From Candidatus Heimdallarchaeota archaeon (lineage in GTDB: Archaea; Asgardarchaeota; Heimdallarchaeia; JABLTI01), in contig JAHLVW010000025.1 in the NCBI GenBank assembly GCA_019058275.1, positions 25,171-89,170 on the forward strand: DNA of 64,000 nt, written 5' to 3'. The first letter of the stretch is position 1. Each line of letters begins with the position of its first letter. The notes under the pieces were generated by a model. The model worked only from the letters and a program-made list of their open reading frames with translations, ran no database searches and was not told the origin of the DNA. Position numbers and translations under genes: made by a program. Shown piece by piece: positions 1 to 10,719 of this stretch.

Positions 1-244
1 TATTCCTATAGCAATTAGTTTACAGATGGATCCAATAATGCTTGCAGTAATTGTCGCAATTGGCTCTAGTATAGATTATGCGCTAGTGTTCGGCACTCCG
101 CCTACTATGATAAGTTATTCCACGGGATACTTTAGTGTAAAAGAAATTTTCCGGATAGGTTCAATTTTGGATCTCATAGGAATATTGCTACTATCAACTG
201 TTTCAGTATTCCTTTGGGTTGCATTTGGTTTAATTGCAGTATAA
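1..244 (+). CDS. C-terminal part of an SLC13/DASS family (Na+/dicarboxylate-sulfate) transporter; begins before the window
   Basis: Hydrophobic ORF with the 'YALVFGTPPTMISYSTGYFSVKEIFRIG' motif typical of DASS C-termini. Confidence 0.7.
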   Translation, partial: IPIAISLQMDPIMLAVIVAIGSSIDYALVFGTPPTMISYSTGYFSVKEIFRIGSILDLIGILLLSTVSVFLWVAFGLIAV

Positions 245-289
245 ATTGATTATTGATATCTACTAATCTAAATATTAGACAATAAAATA

Positions 290-1228
290 TCAGAATCCAA
301 AGAAGTTTTTGTTATTGTTTTTAGGTGAAAGTATTTTGATTTTTCCAGATTCATTGATTAGAGCTATTTTTGCTTTTACATAATTGTAAAACTCTTCGGA
401 CGTAAAGAGACTTAATAATTGCTCATCAAAGAAATATTTTGCTCCTTCTGGAAATGCTTCATGAGCTCTTATTATTTTCTTTAGATTATTTATTTGTAGA
501 AAATTAGAAACTATTTCTGAACCAAATGTATAGATATCATTGCCTCTTAAGCTAGAGCTATATTGATCAAGGGCTTCCTTTGGGTCATTCCAAAGTAATT
601 GCTTAATCAATGGATTTTTGAGCATTTGATCTCCTTTTGGCAATTGCTTTATTTCATTTAAAGTACAAGAATCTATTGGAATCCCACCATGAACAAAGAA
701 AAATCTTAGTTTCTCATGAACAATTGCGACTGGCATATTGCTGAATGTTTTATTATAACGAACATATAACTTAGGAATGTTATTTGGATTATACAATTCC
801 TCATCTTGACTTTGAAAAATCATTACTTCTTGTAAAAAACCATAACGTGAATTTACTGATAAGGCTTCATGATTCCCTCTCACAATATGAACTCTTTCTG
901 GATATTGTATAATTAATGCAAATAATAAATTTAAACAAGCAATGGAATTTGAACCTCTATCTACTATATCACCTAGAAAGATTAGATGTTCAATATCCTT
1001 TTTATCTCTAAAAAGTGAAATAATGCTTTTCATTATTTCAAAATCACCATGGATATCACCTGCAACTAGTATGCTACCTGATTTGATTCGTTCTAAAATT
1101 GGTTTTTTTTCAAGTATTGAATCATAATCATCGATGAGTTGTGTCACTCCTTTTTCATCTAATTCCAGTGCAAGATTGTAATTTTCTAATATTTTTCTTG
1201 AGAGAGCACCAGTGGATTTCTTATTCAT
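290..1228 (-). CDS. Ser/Thr protein phosphatase, PPP family (PP1/PP2A-like)
   Basis: GDIHG, GDIVDRG, RGNHE, HGG, LLWNDP, RG..FG and IIRAHE motifs. Confidence 0.9.
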   Translation of the reverse strand: MNKKSTGALSRKILENYNLALELDEKGVTQLIDDYDSILEKKPILERIKSGSILVAGDIHGDFEIMKSIISLFRDKKDIEHLIFLGDIVDRGSNSIACLNLLFALIIQYPERVHIVRGNHEALSVNSRYGFLQEVMIFQSQDEELYNPNNIPKLYVRYNKTFSNMPVAIVHEKLRFFFVHGGIPIDSCTLNEIKQLPKGDQMLKNPLIKQLLWNDPKEALDQYSSSLRGNDIYTFGSEIVSNFLQINNLKKIIRAHEAFPEGAKYFFDEQLLSLFTSEEFYNYVKAKIALINESGKIKILSPKNNNKNFFGF

Positions 1229-1283
1229 AGCATCACAACGGAAGATAATGAGTAAAATTATGTACGAGGTTTTAAGGAATATG

Positions 1284-2537
1284 TTAGTTATTTAAAAAAT
1301 CAGATATTTTCAATTTAGCATAACATTTAGGACAAGCACCTTGTACTTTAATCCATTCTACAAAATGAGAATAATGTGCCAAACTTTGGCAACTTGGACA
1401 GGAAACAAATCTTTGTCCTTTCTTTATTTGTTTTCTACAAACAACACATTTTTCTGACATATCCTCGGAAGCAATTTCCTCGCCACTTGTTTGAGTAGCG
1501 ATTTGTGAACCGATTCTTCTTAATGCATTTACATATCCTTGTCTTTTTACTGGATTATTTGTTGTATCTGCTGCTTTATCGTAATAGGTAACTGCTTCAG
1601 ATGGTCTTCCACTTCTTTCTAGAACAGCAGCTATTTCAGCATACAAATCAGATATTGCTATTGCAGGAAAGCTATCGGATATTTGATCAATCATATTTTC
1701 TGCACTTTCAACACTTCCATCTGCAGCATATTCTCTGAATCTATCTAACAAATCGAAGTTCTTTAATCTCTCCTCTACACGTAAGGCATCTTTTGGTTGA
1801 TTAGAATCATCGTATGCCTTAACTGCTTGTTCAAATGCTTTTTTAGCAGTCTCTATTTTTCCTTCCTTTAATGCTTGTTCTCCACGATTCTCCTGTGATT
1901 CTCCAACGAGATCATGACGTCCAACAGAGTCATATAAAGTAGCAGCAACCTCAGGTCGTTCTATTGCACCAAATTCATGAGCTGCAACTGCAACTATTGC
2001 GTCAGCTTCATCTACTAAACCTATTGCACGTAATAGATCTGCAGCTGTTGTGTATTTTCCTCTATTAAATGAATATTGGGAAAGTCTTCTAACAGTACTT
2101 TCTTGCTGATTAATTGGAATATATCGAACAATTTCTATAGCATTTCTAGGATCATTTACATCGATGAACATTTTCACTGCATCAAAATAAGCGCCTGCAA
2201 GTAAGTAAGCGATTTTTGCCCTTTCTTGATTACTTCTTTCATACCTTCTCCCAGTTTTAATCCAAAAAAGTTGGGCACTTTGATTACCTAATTGCTGTTG
2301 TATCATTGTTTCATATAATGGCTTCTTCTCTGGTGGAGTTTGGAAGTACAAATCAGCAGCTTCTGCTTCTTTTTTCTGTTGGAATAATAATTTTCCTGCT
2401 GACAGATAATCTCCATGATCAAGATATGTTTGTATTGCTCTTTTGGGTTGTTTTTTACCTTTTCTTCTTGCAGAAGAGATAATAATAAAGAGCATAATTA
2501 CTCCAAAGATTATCAAGAATATGTGCCAAGGTTCCAT
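1284..2537 (-). CDS. Membrane-anchored TPR/alpha-solenoid protein with C-terminal RING-like Zn finger
   Basis: N-terminal TM helix, Ala/Tyr-rich helical repeats, C-terminal CxxC...CxxC..HxxH..W..CPxC. Confidence 0.7.
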   Translation of the reverse strand: MEPWHIFLIIFGVIMLFIIISSARRKGKKQPKRAIQTYLDHGDYLSAGKLLFQQKKEAEAADLYFQTPPEKKPLYETMIQQQLGNQSAQLFWIKTGRRYERSNQERAKIAYLLAGAYFDAVKMFIDVNDPRNAIEIVRYIPINQQESTVRRLSQYSFNRGKYTTAADLLRAIGLVDEADAIVAVAAHEFGAIERPEVAATLYDSVGRHDLVGESQENRGEQALKEGKIETAKKAFEQAVKAYDDSNQPKDALRVEERLKNFDLLDRFREYAADGSVESAENMIDQISDSFPAIAISDLYAEIAAVLERSGRPSEAVTYYDKAADTTNNPVKRQGYVNALRRIGSQIATQTSGEEIASEDMSEKCVVCRKQIKKGQRFVSCPSCQSLAHYSHFVEWIKVQGACPKCYAKLKISDFLNN

Positions 2538-2670
2538 TTTGTTGCTAATTTCCCATAAGCTATTTTGATATTAATTTAATTTGAACATATTTGTATTAAT
2601 ACATTTGTTTTCATAACATTCATACTTTTTTTTTTGAGAAAAATCTATGAAGTGTACTTTCTGATGCAAA

Positions 2671-4488
2671 TCACTTATGTGCCAAATTTACCAAAATTTT
2701 TCCTTTTTGTTTCCCATCGATTCTTACAAAACCATACCTTTCAAATTGGACTAGATCGTCTACCTGTAAGTTTTTGATACTAATTTCTCCAACACCCTCA
2801 TCAAATCTTAAGCTATTCTCATTGTATTTATCAGCAATAAAGAGAACATCTGGAACTTTTACTTGAACATGTATGTATTTTGATGGTTCTGCAACGACCC
2901 ATTGTATTTTTGGTCCAGGTTTTAATTTCTCACCTGAATACTCAACAATCATATGTGTTGAATATTCTTTTAGAAATTCTAATTTTGAGGTTTTATTTCC
3001 AAGTAAATCTTTTTCTAAAGCTAAATCAGCAGCTCTTTTAGTAATTTTCACATTGTAAAGATTCTTCAATCGAAACTCATCATTTTTTTTCAAATGATCA
3101 TAATCACTTCTAGGAATGAAGAAAATATTTGTTGTTTTTATTTTTCTTACACCCCTTTTAGGGTCTTCTGGATGAAGGGGAATTTCACATTTTCTCGATT
3201 CAGCACTTTTCACAAAAAGAACAACTGGATCTGGGACAAAGAAGTATCGATTTGCAGTTAGATCGATTAATTTTCTATTAGTTGCTGATATTAAACTCCA
3301 ATCAATGTTTGTAGGTTGTGTTGTCATTCCAACTTCTGTTGCTATCTGCTTTATTGTTTCAGGAATGATACCACGACGCTTCAAACCTTTTATAGTTACA
3401 AGTCTTATGTCATCCCAGCCCTCAACTTTTCCTTCTTCAACTAATGGTATTATTTTCCTTTTTGATGCTGGACTTCCAACAACATTGAATCTCGCATAGT
3501 GAAAAATATCAGGATGTGGAACTAAATTCAGAAGTTCTCTGATCTTGTTTTGTAGTTCAATTCTGGTATCAAACTCTGCACTACGACCTACATGAGTAAC
3601 CCCACAAATTTTATCTTCTACTGCAACAGCAAAATCGTATAAAGGCCATACTTTGTATTTTGTTCCTTGTAAACAATGTTCATCCTTTCTTATTGTAAAA
3701 ATTACTGGATCACGCATTACTGCATTTTTATTTTCCATATCTCCCCTTAAACGTAAAACCATTTTCCCTTCTTCATATTCCCCTTTAAGCATTTTTTTCC
3801 AATCTTTCATTGTATCAGCAGGTTTCTTGTTTGCATGTTCACATAATTTCATTTGCGATCGTAATTCTCTCATTTCTTCAACAGGACAAGTGCAAGTATA
3901 TGCATGGTTATTCTTGATTAATTCTTCAGCCTTTTCATAAAAAATGAGCATATCATTGGAAACTATCACTTCTTTTGATGGTGTAAAACCAAGCCAATCT
4001 AAAGCTTCTCTGTGTGCTACCATATATTCTATTCTTTCTTGTTTTGGGTTTGTATCTTCAAATCTTAAAATGAATGTACCCTTGTATTTTTGAGCATAAT
4101 AATGAGCAAAGAATGCTGTATATGCATGACCGAGATGCATGTCTCCATTTGGCTCTGGGGCATATCTAGTAACCACTTTCGCAGTTTGAGCATTTTTTAG
4201 GGGTGGTAATTCATAAATTCTTTTTGTTGGACCTTTTTTCTCTAAGAGCTCTGGTGCTATTTTCTCTAATTTCTTAGTTTGAGCTTCTACACTTAGTTCA
4301 TTAATAGATGGTACAATTTCTTCAACAAGGTCTTTAATTTTTTTAGATTCTTTTCGTAGCTTTGTATGTGTAGCCATTATTTTTTGCATTACAGATTTCT
4401 CACTTGCTTTTCCATTGTGATTAACTGCGTTTTCTAGCGTGTATTTTAGCACCGTTTCCTTTATTTTATCAATTTCTTTTTTTGACAA
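2671..4488 (-). CDS. gltX: Glutamyl-tRNA synthetase (archaeal type)
   Basis: TRYAPEPNG-HLGH (HIGH-like), LRFEDTNP, SKRK (KMSKS-like), QFERYGFVRID. Confidence 0.95.
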   Translation of the reverse strand: MSKKEIDKIKETVLKYTLENAVNHNGKASEKSVMQKIMATHTKLRKESKKIKDLVEEIVPSINELSVEAQTKKLEKIAPELLEKKGPTKRIYELPPLKNAQTAKVVTRYAPEPNGDMHLGHAYTAFFAHYYAQKYKGTFILRFEDTNPKQERIEYMVAHREALDWLGFTPSKEVIVSNDMLIFYEKAEELIKNNHAYTCTCPVEEMRELRSQMKLCEHANKKPADTMKDWKKMLKGEYEEGKMVLRLRGDMENKNAVMRDPVIFTIRKDEHCLQGTKYKVWPLYDFAVAVEDKICGVTHVGRSAEFDTRIELQNKIRELLNLVPHPDIFHYARFNVVGSPASKRKIIPLVEEGKVEGWDDIRLVTIKGLKRRGIIPETIKQIATEVGMTTQPTNIDWSLISATNRKLIDLTANRYFFVPDPVVLFVKSAESRKCEIPLHPEDPKRGVRKIKTTNIFFIPRSDYDHLKKNDEFRLKNLYNVKITKRAADLALEKDLLGNKTSKLEFLKEYSTHMIVEYSGEKLKPGPKIQWVVAEPSKYIHVQVKVPDVLFIADKYNENSLRFDEGVGEISIKNLQVDDLVQFERYGFVRIDGKQKGKILVNLAHK

Positions 4489-4627
4489 TATTTTTGCCCC
4501 TAAATTCTTATTTCTCCTACTTACGATTCCGAAGTAAGATTCCTTTAAATATTTCTTTCATGCAGCTTTCGTATTAGCAAATTCTTCAAAGAAATCTACA
4601 TTTAGTTGGAAAAAAAGGTTAAAGAAG

Positions 4628-5323
4628 CTATGTTTGCTTCTTTAAGATAATTCGTGCATCTACTCCAAATACACCATCTTCATTAGCGATTATTGGGTTT
4701 AGATCTATTTCTATAATGTAATCTTCTAACTTAATTGCTAGCTCTGAAACTTTCACAATCATTTCTGCTAGTGCATTTCTATCCACAGGAGGTAAACCTC
4801 TAAATCCATTAAGCATTTTTTGAGTTTTGATGTCATTAATCATTCTTAGAGCTCTTTCTTTTGTAGTTGGACATGTTCGAAAAGTAACATCACTGATCGC
4901 TTCAACAAGAATACCGCCTATACCAAAAGCAACTACTGGCCCAAATGTAGGATCAACGTTCATTCCTATCAAAACTTCTGTTCCTTTCTTTACTTGTTTT
5001 TCAACTAAAATGCCTACTAAACCATACTTTTCAAGTCGTGCAACCATATCGTTGTATTTTTCTTTTAATTCAATCTCATCATTGATTCCTACAACTACTG
5101 CTTTGTAATCAGATTTATGGAGAATTTTAGAAGACATTGCTTTAATTACAACTGGGTAACCCACTTTTTTTGCGAATGATACAGCATCATTTTGGTTTTT
5201 CGCTAAGGTATTTGGTGGAAAAGTAACTCCTACACTTTCAAATATTTTCAACGCTTCATGTTCTAAAAGAAAATTGCGTTTTTCTTTTAAAGCTACTTCA
5301 ATTGGGCTTTTATCAATTTTCAT
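4628..5323 (-). CDS. acdB: ADP-forming acyl/acetyl-CoA synthetase beta subunit (ATP-grasp)
   Basis: GYPVVIK..S..ILHKSD, DPTFGPVVAFGIGG, EIDLNP..DARI. Confidence 0.9.
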   Translation of the reverse strand: MKIDKSPIEVALKEKRNFLLEHEALKIFESVGVTFPPNTLAKNQNDAVSFAKKVGYPVVIKAMSSKILHKSDYKAVVVGINDEIELKEKYNDMVARLEKYGLVGILVEKQVKKGTEVLIGMNVDPTFGPVVAFGIGGILVEAISDVTFRTCPTTKERALRMINDIKTQKMLNGFRGLPPVDRNALAEMIVKVSELAIKLEDYIIEIDLNPIIANEDGVFGVDARIILKKQT

Positions 5324-5336
5324 TTTCCAATCACCT

Positions 5337-6764
5337 TTATTTTGGTGTTTCTCTTAACACAGGGAGCTTCTGTCCGTGATCTTTCAAGTAATCCGCATAT
5401 TCAGTCAGTTTCTTTAATGCATAAACTGACCTATACGGAGTTGGATAAAAAGCAAAATTCATTTGCTCAAGTTCTTCTCTAATGTAAACTGCTTCTGCAC
5501 CACCTATAGCACAAAAAGTAATCGTTTTGTTTATTGTTTTTGCATATGGTTTCAAACCTTCCATTAGATCTTTGACATTAATGGCTGGTGGTGTTGGTAT
5601 AATAATATAAGTTATAGAATCAACATTGGGATCATCAATTGTTTGTTCGAGTGCATATAGATACTCTTTTGCAGTTGCACTTCCTGTAAGGTCTATTGGA
5701 TTTGCTACTGAAATTATTGGTGGTAAATCTTCCCTCATCTTCTTGTAAATATTTGTTGAGAGTTCAGCAAGCTCCATTTCAAGTTCTCCAACAACATCTG
5801 AGGCCATAACACCTGCTCCACCACCATCAGTGATAATTAGGACTCGATTTCCATCAGGTAATAGTGTACTATTGAATGCATTCATGCAGTCAAACAACTC
5901 ATCCCAAGTGTAAGCTCTAATTATTCCTGCTTCTTTGAATAAGGCATCCGTAACTGCATCATTTGCTGCTAATGAAGCTGTATGACTAGCAACTGCATGT
6001 GCACCGGCTTCGTTTCTATTTGCTTTAATAGCAATAATTGGTTTCTTCAGAGATACTTTGCGAGCAATTTCGATGAATCTTTTCCCATCCATAAAACCTT
6101 CAAGGTAAGCTAATATTACTTTGGTTTCTGGATCCTCACCAAAATACTCAAGTATATCAGCTTCATTGATATCAGATGCATTCCCATAACTAACGAATTT
6201 TGAAAGGTAGTTTCCATTTCCAAGAGATCCCATAACATCGAGAAATGCAGAACCAAAAGCACCGCTTTGTGAGAGAATTGATACCCCACCAACTCCTGGG
6301 CGTTTAAGTTTTTCATCAGGTAGAAAAACCATGTCTAATCCTCTTTTTGGATAAAACAAGCCAATGCAGTTTGGTCCAATAATTCTGATACCATTTTCTT
6401 TAGCTGTTTCATCTATACGTTGTTGTAGTAATGTTCCTTCCTCGCCAATTTCTTTAAACCCACCAGAGATAATTGTAACGGATTTTATTCCTTTCTTAGC
6501 ACAATCCTCCATTGCAGCTGGAACATATTTTGCGGGTACAATTATTACTGCAGCTTCAATAGACTCCTCAACCTCTAATACAGATTTATAGACTGGATTG
6601 CTTAAAATTTCACCACCTTTTGGATTAATGAGATAAGTTTTGCCCTCAAAATTATTGATGAAATTTTCAGCTATAACATATCCTGGCTTATCCCAAGAAG
6701 CAGATGCACCAAAAATGGCCATGCTTTTCGCTTCAAAAAAATATTGTAATGGATTATTTACCAT
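5337..6764 (-). CDS. acdA: ADP-forming acyl/acetyl-CoA synthetase alpha subunit
   Basis: CoA-binding fold, GPNCIG, SQSGA, SHTASLA (phospho-His), NPIDLTG. Confidence 0.9.
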   Translation of the reverse strand: MVNNPLQYFFEAKSMAIFGASASWDKPGYVIAENFINNFEGKTYLINPKGGEILSNPVYKSVLEVEESIEAAVIIVPAKYVPAAMEDCAKKGIKSVTIISGGFKEIGEEGTLLQQRIDETAKENGIRIIGPNCIGLFYPKRGLDMVFLPDEKLKRPGVGGVSILSQSGAFGSAFLDVMGSLGNGNYLSKFVSYGNASDINEADILEYFGEDPETKVILAYLEGFMDGKRFIEIARKVSLKKPIIAIKANRNEAGAHAVASHTASLAANDAVTDALFKEAGIIRAYTWDELFDCMNAFNSTLLPDGNRVLIITDGGGAGVMASDVVGELEMELAELSTNIYKKMREDLPPIISVANPIDLTGSATAKEYLYALEQTIDDPNVDSITYIIIPTPPAINVKDLMEGLKPYAKTINKTITFCAIGGAEAVYIREELEQMNFAFYPTPYRSVYALKKLTEYADYLKDHGQKLPVLRETPK

Positions 6765-7006
6765 ATTTATTTTACTTCCACACTAGTAATTGATTTCATT
6801 TAACAAAGGTCTTTGTTACAAAAACTCAATAAATTGTTCTCTTTTAAGAGTTTTTGACAGTAGGTTAAAACAGCACATTCAGAATAACATATTGTGAGCA
6901 AAATTCTCGATTTCTTTAGGTTACCTCTCTATCTTTTGAGAATTTTGTTAAATAAAAAGCAATATGAATGAGAATGTTGTTCGATAAAATATTTGTATAG
7001 TAAAAA

Positions 7007-7831
7007 ATGATATTGTTTAAGTGGTTATCAATGGATGAAGTAATTATAGCATTAGAAGACATTAGAAAAGAATATGATAGTGAAATCAATAATGGAGGGA
7101 TTATCTTAGGTGAAGCTTGGTTAGATAAGGCTAAAGCTAAATTAAAGAAATGTTTGATCGCAGCTCGTATTACAAGGAAAGTGATTGCAACTGCAGCTCA
7201 AGAGCAAATTAAGCTAATAGTAACTATTTTTTCACCAATCTTTACCAACAGTGAACAACAAAAAATCGATAAAGAGAATCTTGACTTATTGAAGATTATT
7301 ATTCAGAACAAAATCTCAATTTACTCATTAACAGGTGATTGGTTAATAGAAGAAAAGGGAGGGTTCGATTATTTGTTAAAATTATTAGATTTCAAATATT
7401 CTTCAAAAATAGCTTTTAATGATGAACCAATTAAAACCTATGGACGGATAGGGGAAAGGAAGAAGAAATTTTCGTACATAGATTTATTGAAATTATTACA
7501 ACAACATTTTGATAGTGAAATTCGTTATTTAGGATATAACCAATTACAAATACAAAGGATAGCAATTGTTACAGAAATAACCAACATAGAAGATGTTTAT
7601 AGTTTACACAATAACTCAAAAATTGATGTTACATTAGTTGGTGATATTAGTTATGAAGGGTTGCTTGTCGCTAAGTTCTTTAAATTACCATTGGTTATTT
7701 TGGGAAGAAGAAATTTAGAAAATATTGTAATAGGAAACATCAGTAGAAGATTAATGGAAGAGATAACCATAACTCTTCCTGAAATAGTTTTGTTTAAACA
7801 AGATGAAATTGGAACAGTAGTAGATGACTGA
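7007..7831 (+). CDS. Divergent NIF3/DUF34-like protein
   Basis: Overall NIF3-like layout (YGRIG, IQRIAIV, VGDI), but the metal-binding His residues appear lost. Confidence 0.5.
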   Translation: MILFKWLSMDEVIIALEDIRKEYDSEINNGGIILGEAWLDKAKAKLKKCLIAARITRKVIATAAQEQIKLIVTIFSPIFTNSEQQKIDKENLDLLKIIIQNKISIYSLTGDWLIEEKGGFDYLLKLLDFKYSSKIAFNDEPIKTYGRIGERKKKFSYIDLLKLLQQHFDSEIRYLGYNQLQIQRIAIVTEITNIEDVYSLHNNSKIDVTLVGDISYEGLLVAKFFKLPLVILGRRNLENIVIGNISRRLMEEITITLPEIVLFKQDEIGTVVDD

Positions 7832-7837
7832 AATTTT

Positions 7838-8740
7838 CTACTGCTCTATTGCCTTCTGGAGTATTTCCACCATTCGATCAGTTTCAATTAGCATTTGACC
7901 AAGTTTTGGTCTTCTTTTACTCAATCCTACAAAGATACAGTTCTCATTCACAACTTTGAAAATCATGAAAGTTTTCTTCTTCATTTGAAGTATTGTAGAT
8001 GTAACTTCATCATTTTCATCAAGTTCTTCTGTAATACGACTGACTGAACTTAACATCACATTAGCTGATATTTCAACTATAGGAGGAAGTTCACCAGCAA
8101 CGTAAATTGGTAGTCCAACTTTTGAATAAACAGCTATGCCTGAAAATGATGAACCTCTTAAAGCACGATTTAAGTACTCTTTCATTGATATTTGATCATC
8201 CACTTCCTTCATTAATACATCTCGAAAAGCGTAAAAGGAGGAGGCATCATAGATACTAGTTTCATGAATTATAAGATCTAATCCTTTAGATGTGAACAAA
8301 TTCTTTGTTGCTCGAATATAATCTGAAGCATTATTTTTTTCAGCTAGTAAATCTACTTTGTTCAATAACAGATATACTCTTGCTTCAGGACTAATTTTAT
8401 GTAAATGCTTTACCAGAGCTTCAAACCAATAATGAGCAATTGAAAAGATTGATTGCTCTGTTATATCCAAAATAAAAACTAAAGCTTCAACATATTCGTA
8501 TAAAGGATCATTATCTCTTGATAAGATATCTTGAATAGATTTTTCACCTCCACATTTAATAATAAGAACTCTTCTTTGCAAAAGATCTCTCATCGTATTA
8601 CCAACATCTAATTTTTGGATTATTGGTTTTAAATCATCAGGAGGATTATTATCAACAACACATGCTTTTATGGTTTTCAAACCAGCTCCAGGTAAACCTG
8701 CAATTATAATTTTCTTTGGCTCGTCTTCAGAATTTGACAA
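7838..8740 (-). CDS. Rag/Gtr-like small GTPase with C-terminal roadblock domain
   Basis: Degenerate P-loop GLPGAGLKT, CGGE, LLNKVD, ETSIYD; C-terminal 'GIAVYSKVGLPI' roadblock-like segment. Confidence 0.7.
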   Translation of the reverse strand: MSNSEDEPKKIIIAGLPGAGLKTIKACVVDNNPPDDLKPIIQKLDVGNTMRDLLQRRVLIIKCGGEKSIQDILSRDNDPLYEYVEALVFILDITEQSIFSIAHYWFEALVKHLHKISPEARVYLLLNKVDLLAEKNNASDYIRATKNLFTSKGLDLIIHETSIYDASSFYAFRDVLMKEVDDQISMKEYLNRALRGSSFSGIAVYSKVGLPIYVAGELPPIVEISANVMLSSVSRITEELDENDEVTSTILQMKKKTFMIFKVVNENCIFVGLSKRRPKLGQMLIETDRMVEILQKAIEQ

Positions 8741-8878
8741 GGCACTTCACCATCTTTTACGAAAATTGATTAACTTTTTAATTTAAGTCTATTATTATTC
8801 AAAAAGATTTGTGCTAAGGTAAAAGAAAAAAGAAACTTTAAAGCTCAGCTAGTTATTGCTGAACATTAAAGAAGAAAG

Positions 8879-9490
8879 TTATGTTTCTCTTTCTTTTCGT
8901 AATTCTTCTATTTCTTTAGCTAATTCTGCTGAACGAATATCTGGGGTTGGTAAACCTGTTTCAGCACCTAAACCAATTTCTGTACCTATTTCACCCATGA
9001 TTTTGTCAACTTCTGTTTCATCAACATCTAATGACATCATGCTTTCAAAATCTTCGTCCATCATATCTGTGGTCATTTCTATTCCTTCAAATGACCTTTC
9101 AAGATCATCTATTAGAGCTGAGATTTCGGGGGCATTTAAACTAGCATTTACTTGTCGTAATGCTCCAGCCATTCCTTTCAATTCTCCCGCCAATTGCTGA
9201 ACAGAATCTGCTTGTTCAAGTCTGAAGATAATTCCTTCAATTCTAGTTGTTAGTTTTGTATAACTGTAAACCCATTTACGATTTCGGGCAACATTTGATG
9301 CATATAATCTAGCCTGATCCATTAGTCCTTTTCTCAATGAATCTCGGCATTTTCTTTGAATTTTTTTTTCATCAGTTTCTAATTTTTTAGATGATCTCGC
9401 TAACCTTTTATTGACCATTTTGAGATCGATAATATAATCACGAGTAGCTTTTCCGCCACCAAGCCATCTGACAAATTTTCCAAATACCAT
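8879..9490 (-). CDS. ESCRT-III subunit, Vps2/Vps24/Vps46 (Snf7 family)
   Basis: Basic N-terminal helices (ARLYASNVARNRK), acidic C-half, MIM1-like end ELAKEIEELRK. Confidence 0.85.
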   Translation of the reverse strand: MVFGKFVRWLGGGKATRDYIIDLKMVNKRLARSSKKLETDEKKIQRKCRDSLRKGLMDQARLYASNVARNRKWVYSYTKLTTRIEGIIFRLEQADSVQQLAGELKGMAGALRQVNASLNAPEISALIDDLERSFEGIEMTTDMMDEDFESMMSLDVDETEVDKIMGEIGTEIGLGAETGLPTPDIRSAELAKEIEELRKERET

Positions 9491-9741
9491 GTTAATTTCA
9501 CTTCATTTAGTTCTATAAATTATTAAATTTGCTTTCACCAAAAAAAAGCTTTCTTAATAAGCTTTCAAAGATGGTTGTTTTATTCCAGCTTTTCTAGTAA
9601 TTATGCTTTAATTAATACTACCTAAACAGTCTATTTTTACCTTTTGATTCAAACAATATTTTACAAACAAAAATTTTACTACAATAAGTAGTTATTTTGT
9701 TTATTTTATGTAAGCGCTAGAAACAAGGAGATGGCATTCTA

Positions 9742-10624
9742 ATAGCTAAACAAAAAGTTAGAATTTTAGCAGATGCTACTATGGGGCTCCCTCCAGAGAC
9801 GGTTAAAGATCTAGATATTGGTGTTTTACCAACACAAGTAATGATTGAAGATCGTGAGAAACCATATAGGAACTATATTAATATAACCCCTGAGGAGGTT
9901 TTTGAAAAACTTCTGAAAGTAAAAGAAATCCCAACTACTGCTGTACCAACACAGGATGACATTTACAAAGTATATGAGGAATCCTTGAAAAATTTTGAAT
10001 CAGTAATAGTTTTAGCTCATTCTAGTAAAATTAGCAGTGGTTATAATTGTGCTTTACGAATTGCTGAAATGTTTCCTGGCAAAGATATAACTGTAATCGA
10101 TACCAAACAATAACAATAATGGAAGGACTGTTGGTTTTTGAAGCTGCAATGATGGCTCGTAAAGGTGTGGATAAGGAGGAAATAATCAATCAAGTAAATT
10201 CCTTGATTCCTCACACACATGAGATTGCCATTCTGAAATCATTAGATTATCTTAGAAAAGGTGGAAGAATTAGTATAGCAAAGTATCTTATCGGAAATCT
10301 AGCAAATTTCAAACCAATAATAGGTGTCGAAGATGGTTTGGTAAAGAACATTGGTAGAGTTAAGGGGTTTGATAATGGTATTGAAATTCTTAAGAAAAAT
10401 ATCCTAAACATATTGCAAAATCGAAAAACAGATTTTGAGACAGTCTTCATGCTTTAATGCCTAAGGAAGCTAAAGATCTCAAAGACTTCATACTCACACA
10501 GAAAGAAAATATTCCAAGAAAAGTTGAAATTTATACGCTTGGACCAGTTTTAGGAACTCATATTGGTCCATATGCACTTAGCATTTGATGGATAGGCGAC
10601 TGGGATGAAAGTTGGCTCAAATAA
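9742..10624 (+). pseudogene. DegV family fatty-acid-binding protein, disrupted
   Basis: DegV motifs (PTTAVP, SSKISSGY, VIDTK, YLRKGGRI, GPVLGTHIGP) are spread over three segments; frameshifts near 10110 and 10450 and an in-frame TGA near 10587. Confidence 0.8.
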
Positions 10625-10719
10625 ATAGTGTTACCAAGTGTTGTATTTGAAAGAAAACCCTTTTAGGATTGATTTCTCAGTATATTTATATATCAACTAT
10701 TATTGGAGCTATTATAAAA

